From: an uncultured virus (IMG/VR IMGVR_UViG_3300037137_003071)
Taxonomy: Duplodnaviria > Heunggongvirae > Uroviricota > Caudoviricetes
Length of the DNA stretch: 64,000 nucleotides
IMG/VR virus record: IMGVR_UViG_3300037137_003071
Strand: one strand, 5' to 3'
Shown piece by piece: positions 31,209-40,946 of the stretch. The notes under the pieces are model-generated. The model saw only the letters and a list, made by a program, of their open reading frames with translations, did no database searches and was not told the DNA's origin. Position numbers and translations under genes: made by a program. Positions within the stretch are counted from its first letter, which is position 1. Each line of letters opens with the position of its first letter.

Positions 31209-31751
31209 ATGGCCGAGATCCAGATCATCCAACCCATCGGGGGCGACTGCGAGGGCGAGGGCGAGGGCGAGCGCGGTGAACGCGGCGAGCGTGGCCATCG
31301 CGGCCATCGCGGTCGTACGGGTCCGACAGGACCGACAGGGGCAACGGGCAGCACGGGTCCGACAGGACCGACGGGGCCGACAGGTCCGACGGGCGCCACG
31401 GGTCCAACGGGCGCCACGGGTCCAACGGGCACAGCAGGAATTGCGCCGGCAATCGGCGTCGCGACCGTCCTCTCGAGCGCCGGCCCCATTTTCCCAACGG
31501 GCTACATCGCGCAGCAAGGCTTCATCGGATCTGTCGCGCATGTGCCAGGGAGCGGCGTCTACGATCTCATGCTCGCGAATCCTCCAGTGGATCTCAACAA
31601 CCTTGCCGTTCTGGTCACGCAGGGAGGACTCGTCGATGGTTCTGCTGCGTGGCTGGCGGGTGTCCCAAACCACGTCATTGTCCGCATGTTCGATGGAGCC
31701 GGTGTTCTCGTCGATCGCGGCTTCAGCGTCGCTGTTTTTGACCTCACGTAG
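31209..31751 (+). CDS. Collagen-like protein
   Basis: MAEI..PIGGDCE leader and GPT repeats. Confidence 0.75.
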   Translation: MAEIQIIQPIGGDCEGEGEGERGERGERGHRGHRGRTGPTGPTGATGSTGPTGPTGPTGPTGATGPTGATGPTGTAGIAPAIGVATVLSSAGPIFPTGYIAQQGFIGSVAHVPGSGVYDLMLANPPVDLNNLAVLVTQGGLVDGSAAWLAGVPNHVIVRMFDGAGVLVDRGFSVAVFDLT

Positions 31752-31794
31752 TGCGGCGGAACGTCCGAGCGGCGGGTCGTGATAAGAAGGCGGC

Positions 31795-32148
31795 GTGCAA
31801 GAGACCACGACTGTCGACAAGCCCTGGGGCCACGAGTTGATCTGGGCCAAGACCGATCGCTACGTCGGCAAGATCCTCCACGTGAAGGCCGGCGAGGCGC
31901 TCTCGCTCCAGTACCACCGCGTGAAGGACGAGACGGTCATGGTCCTGTCCGGTCGCCTGCGCTTCGAGTTCTTCTCCGACGGCAATCCGTCGAGCTTCCG
32001 CGAGCTGGGTCCACGGGAGCCCTTCCACGTCATGCCGGGTCTGCGCCACCGGATGATCGCGATCGAGGACACCGACGTGCTCGAGGTGTCGACGCCGGAG
32101 CTGGACGACGTCGTCCGGCTTGAAGATCGCTACGGGCGTACGCAGTAG
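31795..32148 (+). CDS. Cupin (mannose-6-phosphate isomerase type II C-terminal-like)
   Basis: KPWG, LSLQYH..K.E, HR, EVST..LDDVVRLEDRYGR. Confidence 0.8.
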   Translation: MQETTTVDKPWGHELIWAKTDRYVGKILHVKAGEALSLQYHRVKDETVMVLSGRLRFEFFSDGNPSSFRELGPREPFHVMPGLRHRMIAIEDTDVLEVSTPELDDVVRLEDRYGRTQ

Positions 32149-32361
32149 ACGACGTCTGGCCGACCTCTCGACGAACCGTGCGGCGGCGCGAATGTTGGCG
32201 ATCGCGCCTTCCACTTGCTGTTTGTCGAGGTGTGCCAGCTCCGGTCGCGAGAGCGCGCCGCGGAGGACGCCGACACCGAAATCCATGCAGCGCGCCTCGA
32301 TGCGAAACTGGCAACCGCTCTCGTACAACACCTAGCGCGCAGATCCGGCTAGACTCGAAAC

Positions 32362-32643
32362 ATGACGCTCACCCTACCCGCCGACACCGGCGAGCCGATG
32401 TCGGCGGTGCTCGTCGCCGGGCCCAAGGTGAAGCACCACAAGTTCTCCACGCGCACGCGGCAGGTCTCGCTTCGCAACACGGGCACGAACACGCTGTGGC
32501 TCTCGCTCGACAAGAAGGAATGGTTCGACGTGGCGTGCGGCACGTCGTGGGACGATCGCGTGAGCATCCGCGAGCTGTGGTACTGCACGCAGATCGGCAA
32601 GACGCGGTTCCCGCTGCTCGGCATCGCGCTCATCGATCCGTGA
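32362..32643 (+). CDS. Small hypothetical beta-rich protein
   Basis: ORF whose stop overlaps the next start. Confidence 0.55.
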   Translation: MTLTLPADTGEPMSAVLVAGPKVKHHKFSTRTRQVSLRNTGTNTLWLSLDKKEWFDVACGTSWDDRVSIRELWYCTQIGKTRFPLLGIALIDP

Positions 32644-33482
32644 TGTTTTCTGACTCGCCAGATGGCCGCAGGCAGGGGGCGACGTTTCGTCTCGTCGAGC
32701 GTCTTCACGCCGACGGGCTGGCTCCGCGCGCGATCTCGAAGGTGTCCGGTCTCTCGACGGGTGAGGTGTTCAACGCTCTTGGCGCTCTGGGAGTGTCCAA
32801 GAAGAGCATTCATCTTCCTCAAGCGTTCTCGGCTTGGGAGGAGGCCGTCCTGCTCGGTTCGCTGCTCGGTGATGGCCATCTGCACTATCGACATCAGGGT
32901 CACGGCAACCCGCACTTCGTGCTTTCTCATGCCGAGAAGCAGTGCGACTACTTGCAGTGGAAGGTCGAGCAGCTCGGCGATCTGTTTCTTCAGCCCTCCT
33001 TCAACGTGCACGCGGATAGCGAAGGGCATCGTTCAGTGCACGCTACTTCGCGCTGTACTTCGTTACTCGTTGAGTTTTATCGATTGTTCTACGGAACAAC
33101 GTCCACGAAGAAGACGATCACAGACGAGGTCTTGAAACGTGTAGCCGAACATGATTTTCGGGACGCTATTTTAGCGGTCTGGTTCGGGGACGACGGCTAT
33201 CGGACGTCAGGGAACGGCAAGAGTGTTGGTTTCGTGTTTGGAAACCTCGGATCTGAAGAGGCGTACGAACGTGTAGCGTCTTGGTTCGGAGAACTTGGAT
33301 ACGAAGGGGTGCTGCATCAGCATTGTGGTCATCGCACTTATCGGTACTTTCTGCTGCGTGTTCGTGCGGCGCATCAGCTTCGTGATGCAATTGGACCGTA
33401 TCTACCTCCATCGATGCAGTACAAACTCGACATCGGCCCGCCTCGGAACATCCGACGCTCGCGCGGCAGAAAGGAAGGATAG
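32643..33482 (+). CDS. Free-standing double-motif LAGLIDADG homing endonuclease
   Basis: LLGSLLGDG and LAVWFGDDG motifs, YLQWK, SMQYKL; lower GC than flanks. Confidence 0.85.
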   Translation: MFSDSPDGRRQGATFRLVERLHADGLAPRAISKVSGLSTGEVFNALGALGVSKKSIHLPQAFSAWEEAVLLGSLLGDGHLHYRHQGHGNPHFVLSHAEKQCDYLQWKVEQLGDLFLQPSFNVHADSEGHRSVHATSRCTSLLVEFYRLFYGTTSTKKTITDEVLKRVAEHDFRDAILAVWFGDDGYRTSGNGKSVGFVFGNLGSEEAYERVASWFGELGYEGVLHQHCGHRTYRYFLLRVRAAHQLRDAIGPYLPPSMQYKLDIGPPRNIRRSRGRKEG

Positions 33483-33488
33483 ACGGCC

Positions 33489-33970
33489 ATGCCGTACACC
33501 TAACCCACTATCCCAAGAACTCCGACAACCTGGTGTTCGCGTGGGTCCTGCCCGCGCCACCCGACACTGACGTCGCGGAGGAAGGTCCCAACTTCCTCGG
33601 ACGTCCGTTTTCGGAGATGAACCTCCTCAAGAATCCGATCGGTTCCAACGAGGCGGTCGTCGGCTATCACGACGCGCAGCCCTTCACGCGCTTCTACGGG
33701 ACGATCGCGTGCGATCAGCCGCTCGAGGTCACGATCTCGTTTTCCAACGACGACGTCGACGCCAAGGGGATCGTGGTGAACGACGACAACATCTCCACGC
33801 TGCACTACGACGGCGAGGCACTGAAGCAGCTCTACGATCCGAAGAAGCAAGGACCGACGGGCAAGTTCTTCGTGACGATCTACGGGCGCTTCCTACGCGT
33901 CGAGGTCAAGAACGTCGGCGCAGCTCCGACGAAGGAGCTGCGCGCGTACGTGCGCGGCAGCGTCTTCTAG
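33489..33970 (+). CDS. Hypothetical protein, apparently frameshifted just after the start codon
   Basis: RBS+ATG at 33489 is out of frame with the open 33533..33970 frame. Confidence 0.55.
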
Positions 33971-34189
33971 GTGGCCAAGCGCGAGATCAAGACGCCGGTC
34001 GGCGGTAGCGTGTGGACGCAGGCGGTCGGCGTTGGGCAGCGCGTGCTTGCCGGCACCACGCTTCTCATCTGCGAGGTGATGAAGACCGAGTTTCCGATCG
34101 AGACGCCGATCGATGGCACGGTCGCGTGGCTCCGGCCGTGCGGCGAGACCGTCGAGGCCGAGGACGTCGTCGCGACGTTGGACGTGTAG
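33971..34189 (+). CDS. Stand-alone biotinyl/lipoyl carrier domain
   Basis: P..G.V, EVMKTE (cf. EAMKM), P.DGTV, GE.V pattern. Confidence 0.75.
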   Translation: MAKREIKTPVGGSVWTQAVGVGQRVLAGTTLLICEVMKTEFPIETPIDGTVAWLRPCGETVEAEDVVATLDV

Positions 34190-34191
34190 CG

Positions 34192-35058
34192 TTACTTGAG
34201 GCGACGCAGGTACTGGAAGTACATCCGTGCCGTCGAGCCCGGCGCGTCCTTGCGCTTGCGGTAGCCGGCCTCGCGCGCGGTGTCGGCAACGAGCTGTGCC
34301 TCGCTCATCCGCAGCTCGTCGGAGTCGCGGCTGAAGTCGATGCCTGCGGCTTCCAAACGCCGCTTGGCCTCGTGGTGGCCGATCTTCTTCTTCCTCGCGT
34401 GAGAGCTGGTGACGGCTTCATGCAAACGAAGGCACTTCTTACACGTCACCCGGTTGATGTCCGCGTGAGCGGCGCCCGGTTCGCCGCATTCGGTACCGCC
34501 GCGGGTCTTGAGCAGATGGATCTTCTTCGTCGCGTGAGAGCGCCCCGCGGCGCGGAGCGACTGCTGCTTCTTGCCGTAGCGATTGGTATCCTCGACGACC
34601 TGCTTCGCCTGCGCGTAGCGCTCCTTGCTGTAGCCGACGGCCGGCGCGGGCCGCCCCTCTTCGCGATCGAGGTCCGTGAGTTGACCCGCCAGACTCTGCA
34701 CGCGATCGAAGTCCTCGTTGCTGTAGCTGCTTGCCCATGGCTTGTAGCTCGCGATCAGGTCGGCGGCACGATCTCGCTTCGTCGCATGTGCTCGCTTCCG
34801 GCGTCCTCGCAGCTTTTCCTGCAACGGCGTGCGGAGCGGGACGTGCGAAGCGGGGACGGAGGGTCTCCCTTCCGCGGCGCGCTCGTAGTCTCGCGCCGCC
34901 CGCTCGTGGCCTTCCGCGATCGCCGTGTAGCCCACGGGGTGCCGCGTTGCTCGCAAGCGCGACGCCTGGTCGTACTCCCACGCTGAGCGCGCCAAGAAGT
35001 CCTCGCGCGTCCGCTCCTGCCCGAAGGGAACACCGTTGATCGGATTTACGTTGGCCAT
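34192..35058 (-). CDS. Basic modular hypothetical protein
   Basis: Segments separated by HATK/HARK linkers; one H-C...CxxC Zn-like segment. Confidence 0.65.
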   Translation of the reverse strand: MANVNPINGVPFGQERTREDFLARSAWEYDQASRLRATRHPVGYTAIAEGHERAARDYERAAEGRPSVPASHVPLRTPLQEKLRGRRKRAHATKRDRAADLIASYKPWASSYSNEDFDRVQSLAGQLTDLDREEGRPAPAVGYSKERYAQAKQVVEDTNRYGKKQQSLRAAGRSHATKKIHLLKTRGGTECGEPGAAHADINRVTCKKCLRLHEAVTSSHARKKKIGHHEAKRRLEAAGIDFSRDSDELRMSEAQLVADTAREAGYRKRKDAPGSTARMYFQYLRRLK

Positions 35059-35197
35059 GACTTTTCCGAGCTTATCCCGACCACGCGGGACCGCGCCAGA
35101 ACCTGGCGGCGTCCTTGCCCAGCTCGCGGAGCTTGGTCAGCGATGCGCGCTTCTACGACGCGCGCGCGAGTCCTCTGCGCGAAGTCGCTCGTCATCG

Positions 35198-35509
35198 TCA
35201 CGTGAGGGCCTCGTTCGCGGCTTCTCGAACGGCCCCCGATCGATCATGGGTCATCTTCGTCAGATACTCACGGATCGAAGGATCGTTGTCGAGCTGCTGT
35301 GCCAGGCCGTAGATCGCTCCCTCGCGGACCGTCGGCGACTCGTGGGCGAGCAGCGCAAGCAGCGCCGCGCGCGCGGTGGGCAGACAGCCGGCGACCTCGG
35401 CGGCGAACGACAGCTCCCACGTCGGCAGATCGTCGCCCGACAGCGCGGCGACCAGGCGATCGGGATCGCTGACCGCCAGGGCCTGCCAGTGCGACAGGTG
35501 GCTAGACAT
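35198..35509 (-). CDS. Small HEAT-repeat-like protein
   Basis: HESPTVREGA and DRSGAVREAA repeats. Confidence 0.5.
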   Translation of the reverse strand: MSSHLSHWQALAVSDPDRLVAALSGDDLPTWELSFAAEVAGCLPTARAALLALLAHESPTVREGAIYGLAQQLDNDPSIREYLTKMTHDRSGAVREAANEALT

Positions 35510-35749
35510 CGAGCGCCTTTGAGGACCGCGCGCTCACGAGCATTGTCCGCAGGGGCAGCGAATCGAGATGTCGCATCTTGAGCAGTAGATGCGTCCGACG
35601 TCGTACGTGAAACCAGGGACGATACGCAGTGCCGACGCCGACGCCGACGGTGCAGGATCGGCGTCGCAACGACAACCGGCTTCTTGCAGCTGCCCTCGCA
35701 TGACCTGGGCCCAGTGCTTCCAGGGCGTCTGCTCTCGCATGTCCCGAGA

Positions 35750-36250
35750 TTACTTCGCCAGCGCGTGATCGCGCCAGAACGCAGCGCTCGCGTCGACGTC
35801 CTTGCAGCCCGGGTCACCGGGTTCTTGCGGTGAGGCAGGGCCTCCGAACGCGGTGTACAGGATGCATGTGTGCTTGAGTTCGCCTGTACCTCCGCACGTC
35901 GGGCAGTCGGCCCGGTGCAGAATGTTCCAAGCGCTGGTAGTGCACTGCGGACACGGCTCGGCGTGCGGGCCGGCGATCACGGTAACCAGGCGCGTCGGCC
36001 TCGCCGGCCTCTCGATGAGGCGCGACGTCCAGGCGCGCGGGCCGCGCGCGGCGTGGCGCACATCGTCCTCACTGATCGGCGGATCACCCATGATCGGGCC
36101 CCACAGGCCACAGGGCACGGTGCCGAGGTCCTCGGGAAGCTCGACGGTCTCGAGGAAGAAGGCGCTCCGATCGACGAAGCGATCGAGCAGGTAGTTGAGC
36201 TGGGCCTCGGTGAGGCCGTGGTCGACGTGGCTGTCTTGGTGTTTGATCAT
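35750..36250 (-). CDS. Hypothetical protein with CxxC...CPTCGGTG Zn insert
   Basis: AGAGGA RBS before MIKHQ. Confidence 0.55.
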   Translation of the reverse strand: MIKHQDSHVDHGLTEAQLNYLLDRFVDRSAFFLETVELPEDLGTVPCGLWGPIMGDPPISEDDVRHAARGPRAWTSRLIERPARPTRLVTVIAGPHAEPCPQCTTSAWNILHRADCPTCGGTGELKHTCILYTAFGGPASPQEPGDPGCKDVDASAAFWRDHALAK

Positions 36251-36423
36251 GCGTGGGTCCTCTCGTTTTCCTGGACGGTGCGCAGCCCGCGGATCTGACG
36301 GGGGCGTAGTGCCGTTTGTGCTTTCAAGGACCTGACGCCGATCCCCCATCAGATCTGACAGCTAGCCGTCGACGATCTTGGAAATCCGCGTGGTCCCAAG
36401 TCTTTCATGGTAGAAATCGATCG

Positions 36424-36867
36424 ATGCCGCCTACGCGCGTCAACGGCAATGGCGACGCAGCCGCAGCCGGGCGAGGTCGGCAAAGGCTCAAATTCGCCGG
36501 GATCGGCTACGCCGCTTCGCGGCACGGCGTCGATGCAACTGTCGAGTTGACGCAGGCGGCGCGCAAGCTTCTTCGTCAGTACGCCCTCGAATACGTAGCG
36601 GCACTACCTGGCGATCTCCTGAGGAATCGTCGGATCGACCTCGCGATCGCCGGCCGTCAGGGAGACGACGAGATGCTCTGCATCGCTGCGATTGCCTACG
36701 CGAGCGCGCGCCACGGCGTGGACGGTGACGTTGGAATGGCCCGCGAGGGGATCGCCCTTTTGAGCCAGGCGGCCATCGACTTCTCCGAGACCGTGCCGAG
36801 GGAAGAGCCCTCAACGAAACGATCGAGTAGCCCGCACCTTCATCTCGGCAACGGTAGTGGGGCCTGA
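36424..36867 (+). CDS. Hypothetical protein with internal duplication
   Basis: Two copies of YAxxRHGVD. Confidence 0.55.
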   Translation: MPPTRVNGNGDAAAAGRGRQRLKFAGIGYAASRHGVDATVELTQAARKLLRQYALEYVAALPGDLLRNRRIDLAIAGRQGDDEMLCIAAIAYASARHGVDGDVGMAREGIALLSQAAIDFSETVPREEPSTKRSSSPHLHLGNGSGA

Positions 36868-37679
36868 TGAGTGACAAGCTGCCGAAGTCGTGGCCCCCGA
36901 CGGCGCGTCGCATCCTCCTGGACGCGGCTCGCTACTACTACCGTGAGATGAACGAACCGTTTCCCGTGCCTGACGTGATCATGGAGCAGGCGATCGAGTG
37001 GGCGAACAAGGAACTCGATGACCGTCGACGCGAGATCGTCGAGGAAGCTACGTCGCGATGGGTCGACCGCTGGGATCACGGGCTGCTCGACGCGGAGATG
37101 AAGAAGGTTATCGACGCCACCTACGGCAGACTCCGTCGTGCCGAGCGCGGGATCCGGTCGCACGCGACCGTCGGAAAGGGAGCAGCGGCGGTGACGTGCA
37201 AGCGTTGCAAGGGCTCCGGCTACATCTACACGACGCAGCAGGAGGCGTGCCCGGCGTGCGACAAGCTTGGCAAGGTCACGGTGCGCAAGAAGAGCTCGGC
37301 CCAGCTCGACGCCGAGATCGCACAGCTACTCTCCGAGCGTCGTGCCACGCCGACGTCCTCGCACAGGCACGCGACGATCCTGGGTCGCGGCATGATTACC
37401 GAGGAGCAAGCACGGGCTTTGCCCCGTTTCGAGTTCATCGCGCACTGGCTCACGGTCGTCACGAAGAAGAAGGAGAACCGCGGGCCTCTGGGCTTGTACG
37501 TCAAGCGTGTCGGGAAGCGCTGGCAGATCGTGAGCCCGGTGGGCGGCGGCACCGTCACGTACGAGACGACCGATCCGGCGCTCTTGTTTGACTACGCGCG
37601 CCGCGGTCAGCTGGGGGCACACATCCGCGACGCTGAGGATTTTCGCGGGCTTGCGTATCAGCGAACCTTGGTAGGATAG
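36867..37679 (+). CDS. Modular hypothetical protein with DnaJ-like Zn finger
   Basis: CKRCKGSG...CPACDKLG; HAT linkers. Confidence 0.6.
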   Translation: MSDKLPKSWPPTARRILLDAARYYYREMNEPFPVPDVIMEQAIEWANKELDDRRREIVEEATSRWVDRWDHGLLDAEMKKVIDATYGRLRRAERGIRSHATVGKGAAAVTCKRCKGSGYIYTTQQEACPACDKLGKVTVRKKSSAQLDAEIAQLLSERRATPTSSHRHATILGRGMITEEQARALPRFEFIAHWLTVVTKKKENRGPLGLYVKRVGKRWQIVSPVGGGTVTYETTDPALLFDYARRGQLGAHIRDAEDFRGLAYQRTLVG

Positions 37680-37724
37680 AAGCGTGGAACTCACGAAGGA
37701 AGTCTTGTCACAGCGCCTGGCGCC

Positions 37725-38420
37725 ATGCGATCCATGCGATCGCGTGACGGAGGATCTGGAGACATGGTCGTGACCGACGGACCCTCGACGAGCACGATCT
37801 TCGGCGTGTCCTTCCTTGGGGCGCTGTTCGCGATCCTGGCGGCACTGCTCGTGGTCTACACGTACGTGATGCTCCGGCTCGTCCCCAAATTCATGCGCGG
37901 GGTGCGCGAGCTGGTCGAGGAGATCGGCCCGCGCGCCATGTTCGAGCGCGCCAATATCGATCCGGCTGAGGCGATGCGGCAGCTCGGCGTCTCGCCGACA
38001 GAGGCCGCCGCGGCGCTCGCGGCGCTCGCGCCCGCAGACGGCGCCGTGCGTGTGATCTTCACGTGCGAGGACCACGGGCGGTGCGACGGCTGTCCCAAGG
38101 TGCTCGCGCAGTTCGCCGCGATCATCCGTCACCAGGGCGAAGACAGCTTCGACGACGTCGAGCGCAAGTGCTACGCGCAGCTCCGTGATCAGCTGGCGGG
38201 GGACGCGCTCCTCGACGGTGAATCGGAGGCCGAGAGGCAGAAGCGGATCGCCGCCCGCGTCGTCGAGGCGCTCGTCCGCGAGGGCTGCTCGTCGAGCATC
38301 GCGAACACCGTGGTGTGGAGCCGGGGCAAGGAAGATCGGGGGACGTTCGTGGCTTGGCTCTCTGCGGCGCGATCGGGTCGCGAGAAGCTCGTGGTTCAGG
38401 ACGAGGAGGATGCTGCATGA
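37725..38420 (+). CDS. Membrane-anchored hypothetical protein
   Basis: N-terminal TM, CxxH-x2-CxxC. Confidence 0.55.
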   Translation: MRSMRSRDGGSGDMVVTDGPSTSTIFGVSFLGALFAILAALLVVYTYVMLRLVPKFMRGVRELVEEIGPRAMFERANIDPAEAMRQLGVSPTEAAAALAALAPADGAVRVIFTCEDHGRCDGCPKVLAQFAAIIRHQGEDSFDDVERKCYAQLRDQLAGDALLDGESEAERQKRIAARVVEALVREGCSSSIANTVVWSRGKEDRGTFVAWLSAARSGREKLVVQDEEDAA

Positions 38421-38839
38421 GTGCCGGCTATGGTCGCGGCTACTATGGGACGGGGCAGCTCGCGCCGCAGGCGCCTCGCCGCCGCGGCAGCGGCTGGATC
38501 AAGCTTGCGGTCGTCGTGGGCGTCGGCGCGGTGGTCTGGGTCATGTGGCCTCGCAGTCCCAAGCCCGAGCACGCGCCCGGCTCCGGCGACGACGAGCCGA
38601 AGCCACCGTCACCGCCGCTTCCTCCTCCCGAAGCTCCGCCCCAGCAGCTTGCTCTCGTCCAGCACATCCACCAGCACGTCCCGCACGATCAGCTCACGAT
38701 CGCTCAGTCGCGTGGCTACTCGTCGCAGAAGGCGTACGAGGACGCGGTGGTGGCGAGCGCGCGACAGCTCCAGGAGACAGGCGCTAAGGTCGCGCTTGCG
38801 CCGCACCTCCAGCATCTCTCCTCGCGCCTGGAGCCTTGA
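38417..38839 (+). CDS. Small membrane-anchored Pro-rich protein
   Basis: ATGA overlap; single TM. Confidence 0.55.
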   Translation: MSAGYGRGYYGTGQLAPQAPRRRGSGWIKLAVVVGVGAVVWVMWPRSPKPEHAPGSGDDEPKPPSPPLPPPEAPPQQLALVQHIHQHVPHDQLTIAQSRGYSSQKAYEDAVVASARQLQETGAKVALAPHLQHLSSRLEP

Positions 38840-38894
38840 TGACGTACTCGGCGATGCAGTTGATCGAGACCCGCACAACCTATTGGTTGGTGTC

Positions 38895-40946
38895 ATGAGC
38901 GATCCAGCCGCGGCTCGCCGCTTCGTCTGTTCTGATTGCCGCTGGATCCATCTCACCTGGGCCGCGCGATGCTCAAGCTGCCTTTCGTTGAAGGGGCTCA
39001 CCCTGTTTATGGGCGGCACCGACGGCGTCGTTCCGACTCCCGCGCAGATGTCGCTAGGTTCCGTGGAGAAGGAAGCGGAAGAGGATTCGGAGGCGTCGGA
39101 GGCGGCGCCGCCTGAGCTGCCCGAGAGACCACGGCTCATGATCGCGCGCTCACCCTCTCCCGAGCCCGAACTCTCCGATCCAGTCGATGAGCTGGTCGAT
39201 CTCGGCCCGTCGTCTTCCGGGCCAGTCCCCATCTCCGACATCGCCGAGGAGACGTTCGTGCGCGACTCCACGGAACTGCCGCCGCTCGACCACGTGCTCG
39301 GCGGCGGTCTCGTCGTTGCCTCGGTCGTGCTGCTCGCGTCTCCACCGGGGGTCGGCAAATGTCTTGGCCAGGGCACTCCGGTGCTCCTGTTCGACGGGCG
39401 CGTTTTGCCGGTCGAGCAGGTGCTGCCAGGAGATCGTCTGATGGGCCCCGACGGCAAGCCGCGCGTCGTCCTCACGACGACCGAGGGCGTCGGAGAACTC
39501 TATCGGATCGATCCGATCAAGGGCGAGCCGTGGATCTGCAACGACGTGCACGTGCTCACGCTGGTCAACAGCTACACGGATGAAGTGCTCGACGTCCCGC
39601 TTGACGAGTGGCTCGCGAAGGCGCCACGTTCCGATCTTCGTCACTACGGCAAGCTCTTCAGCGTTGGTGTCGAAAGCTTCGGGGGCGATTCGCAGAAGCT
39701 CCCTGTGGATCCATATTTCCTTGGACTGTGGTTCGGCGACGGTACCAAGCAGATCCAGGACAATGCTCTCAAGAAGGTTCAGATCACGAAGCCCGATCCT
39801 GAGGTGCGTGAAGCGTGTGAAGAGATGGCCCGCGCTTGGGAATTACAGGTCACGATCGCCGAACATCATGGCTGTCCGCACCACGTAATCACGAATGGCC
39901 ATCGAGGCTACGGCACGATCAATCGACTACTGAACACGATGCGCGACTTGCTCGGCACGGGCCTGCGCATGCCGACAAGCTACACGAGAGCCCCCCGTGC
40001 ACAGCGGCTTCAGTTCCTCGCGGGGCTGCTCGATAGTGACGGCGATTTGGCCAACAACTGCTTCTGCATTACGCAGAAGCGCGAGGACTGGGCGCGAGAG
40101 ATCTGGTGGACGGCACGATCGCTCGGTCTGTGCGCGACGATCGTGCCCAAACGCGGGCGTTGCAAGCGACCCGATGGATCGATCTTCGAGGGCGACTACT
40201 GGAGAGTCACCATCTCAGGAGACACCGACATGATCCCGACGCGCATCCCACGCAAGCAAGCGCGTCCGCGTCAGCAGAAGAAGGTCGCGACGCGCACGGG
40301 CTTCACCGTTGAGCCAATCGGGCAAGGTACTTACTACGGCTTCACGCTCGACGGCGACGGTCGCTTCCTGCTTGGGGACTTTACCGTCACACACAACTCG
40401 TCGCTCACGCTCCAGATGCTCGTCGGGCTTCGCCACCGCTGTCTCTACGTCACGGGCGAAGAGACGCGCGAGCAGATCGCCGCGACGGCGCGGCGCATCG
40501 GCGCGGTCTCGAACCGGCTCTACGTGCTCGTCGAGCGGAGCCTCTCGAAGATCTTCGTCCACGCGCGCGCGATGCGCGCGCAGACGATCGCGATCGACTC
40601 GATCCAGAAGATGATCTGCGAGGACGTCGGGGGTCGAGCGGGGTCGCCGACGCAGCTCAAGGAATGCACGGCGCGCCTGGTTGACTACGCCAAGACGACG
40701 GGCACGGCGGTCTGGCTGATCGGGCACGTCACAGGGGACGGTGACATCGCGGGGCCCAAGACGATCGAGCATGACGTCGACGTCGTGCTCGAGTTGTCAC
40801 AGGGCACAAAGTTCGACGGCAACGAGAGGATCTTGCGGTGCCCGAGCAAGAATCGCTTTGGAGCCACCAACGTGGTGGGGCGCTTCGAGCTGACCGCGAA
40901 GGGCTTCGTGTCCGTCGATGCTGACGGCTGGAACGAGGAGCTGTGA
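38895..40946 (+). CDS. radA: RadA/Sms-like ATPase lacking the Lon-like C-terminal domain, intein-containing
   Basis: C4 Zn finger, LDHVLGGG, PGVGK/S Walker A, YVTGEE, IDSIQ, AGPK.IEH.VD, KNRFG. Confidence 0.88.
   Translation: MSDPAAARRFVCSDCRWIHLTWAARCSSCLSLKGLTLFMGGTDGVVPTPAQMSLGSVEKEAEEDSEASEAAPPELPERPRLMIARSPSPEPELSDPVDELVDLGPSSSGPVPISDIAEETFVRDSTELPPLDHVLGGGLVVASVVLLASPPGVGKCLGQGTPVLLFDGRVLPVEQVLPGDRLMGPDGKPRVVLTTTEGVGELYRIDPIKGEPWICNDVHVLTLVNSYTDEVLDVPLDEWLAKAPRSDLRHYGKLFSVGVESFGGDSQKLPVDPYFLGLWFGDGTKQIQDNALKKVQITKPDPEVREACEEMARAWELQVTIAEHHGCPHHVITNGHRGYGTINRLLNTMRDLLGTGLRMPTSYTRAPRAQRLQFLAGLLDSDGDLANNCFCITQKREDWAREIWWTARSLGLCATIVPKRGRCKRPDGSIFEGDYWRVTISGDTDMIPTRIPRKQARPRQQKKVATRTGFTVEPIGQGTYYGFTLDGDGRFLLGDFTVTHNSSLTLQMLVGLRHRCLYVTGEETREQIAATARRIGAVSNRLYVLVERSLSKIFVHARAMRAQTIAIDSIQKMICEDVGGRAGSPTQLKECTARLVDYAKTTGTAVWLIGHVTGDGDIAGPKTIEHDVDVVLELSQGTKFDGNERILRCPSKNRFGATNVVGRFELTAKGFVSVDADGWNEEL
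39360..40397 (+). mobile_element. Intein with LAGLIDADG endonuclease in the RadA P-loop
   Basis: GK|CLGQGT...VTHN|S junctions; LGLWFGDG and LAGLLDSDG motifs; 346 aa. Confidence 0.93.

Noticed and set aside
32643..33482. Group I intron around the LAGLIDADG gene
   Set aside because: Flanking genes abut it directly, leaving no room for a ribozyme core; treated as free-standing
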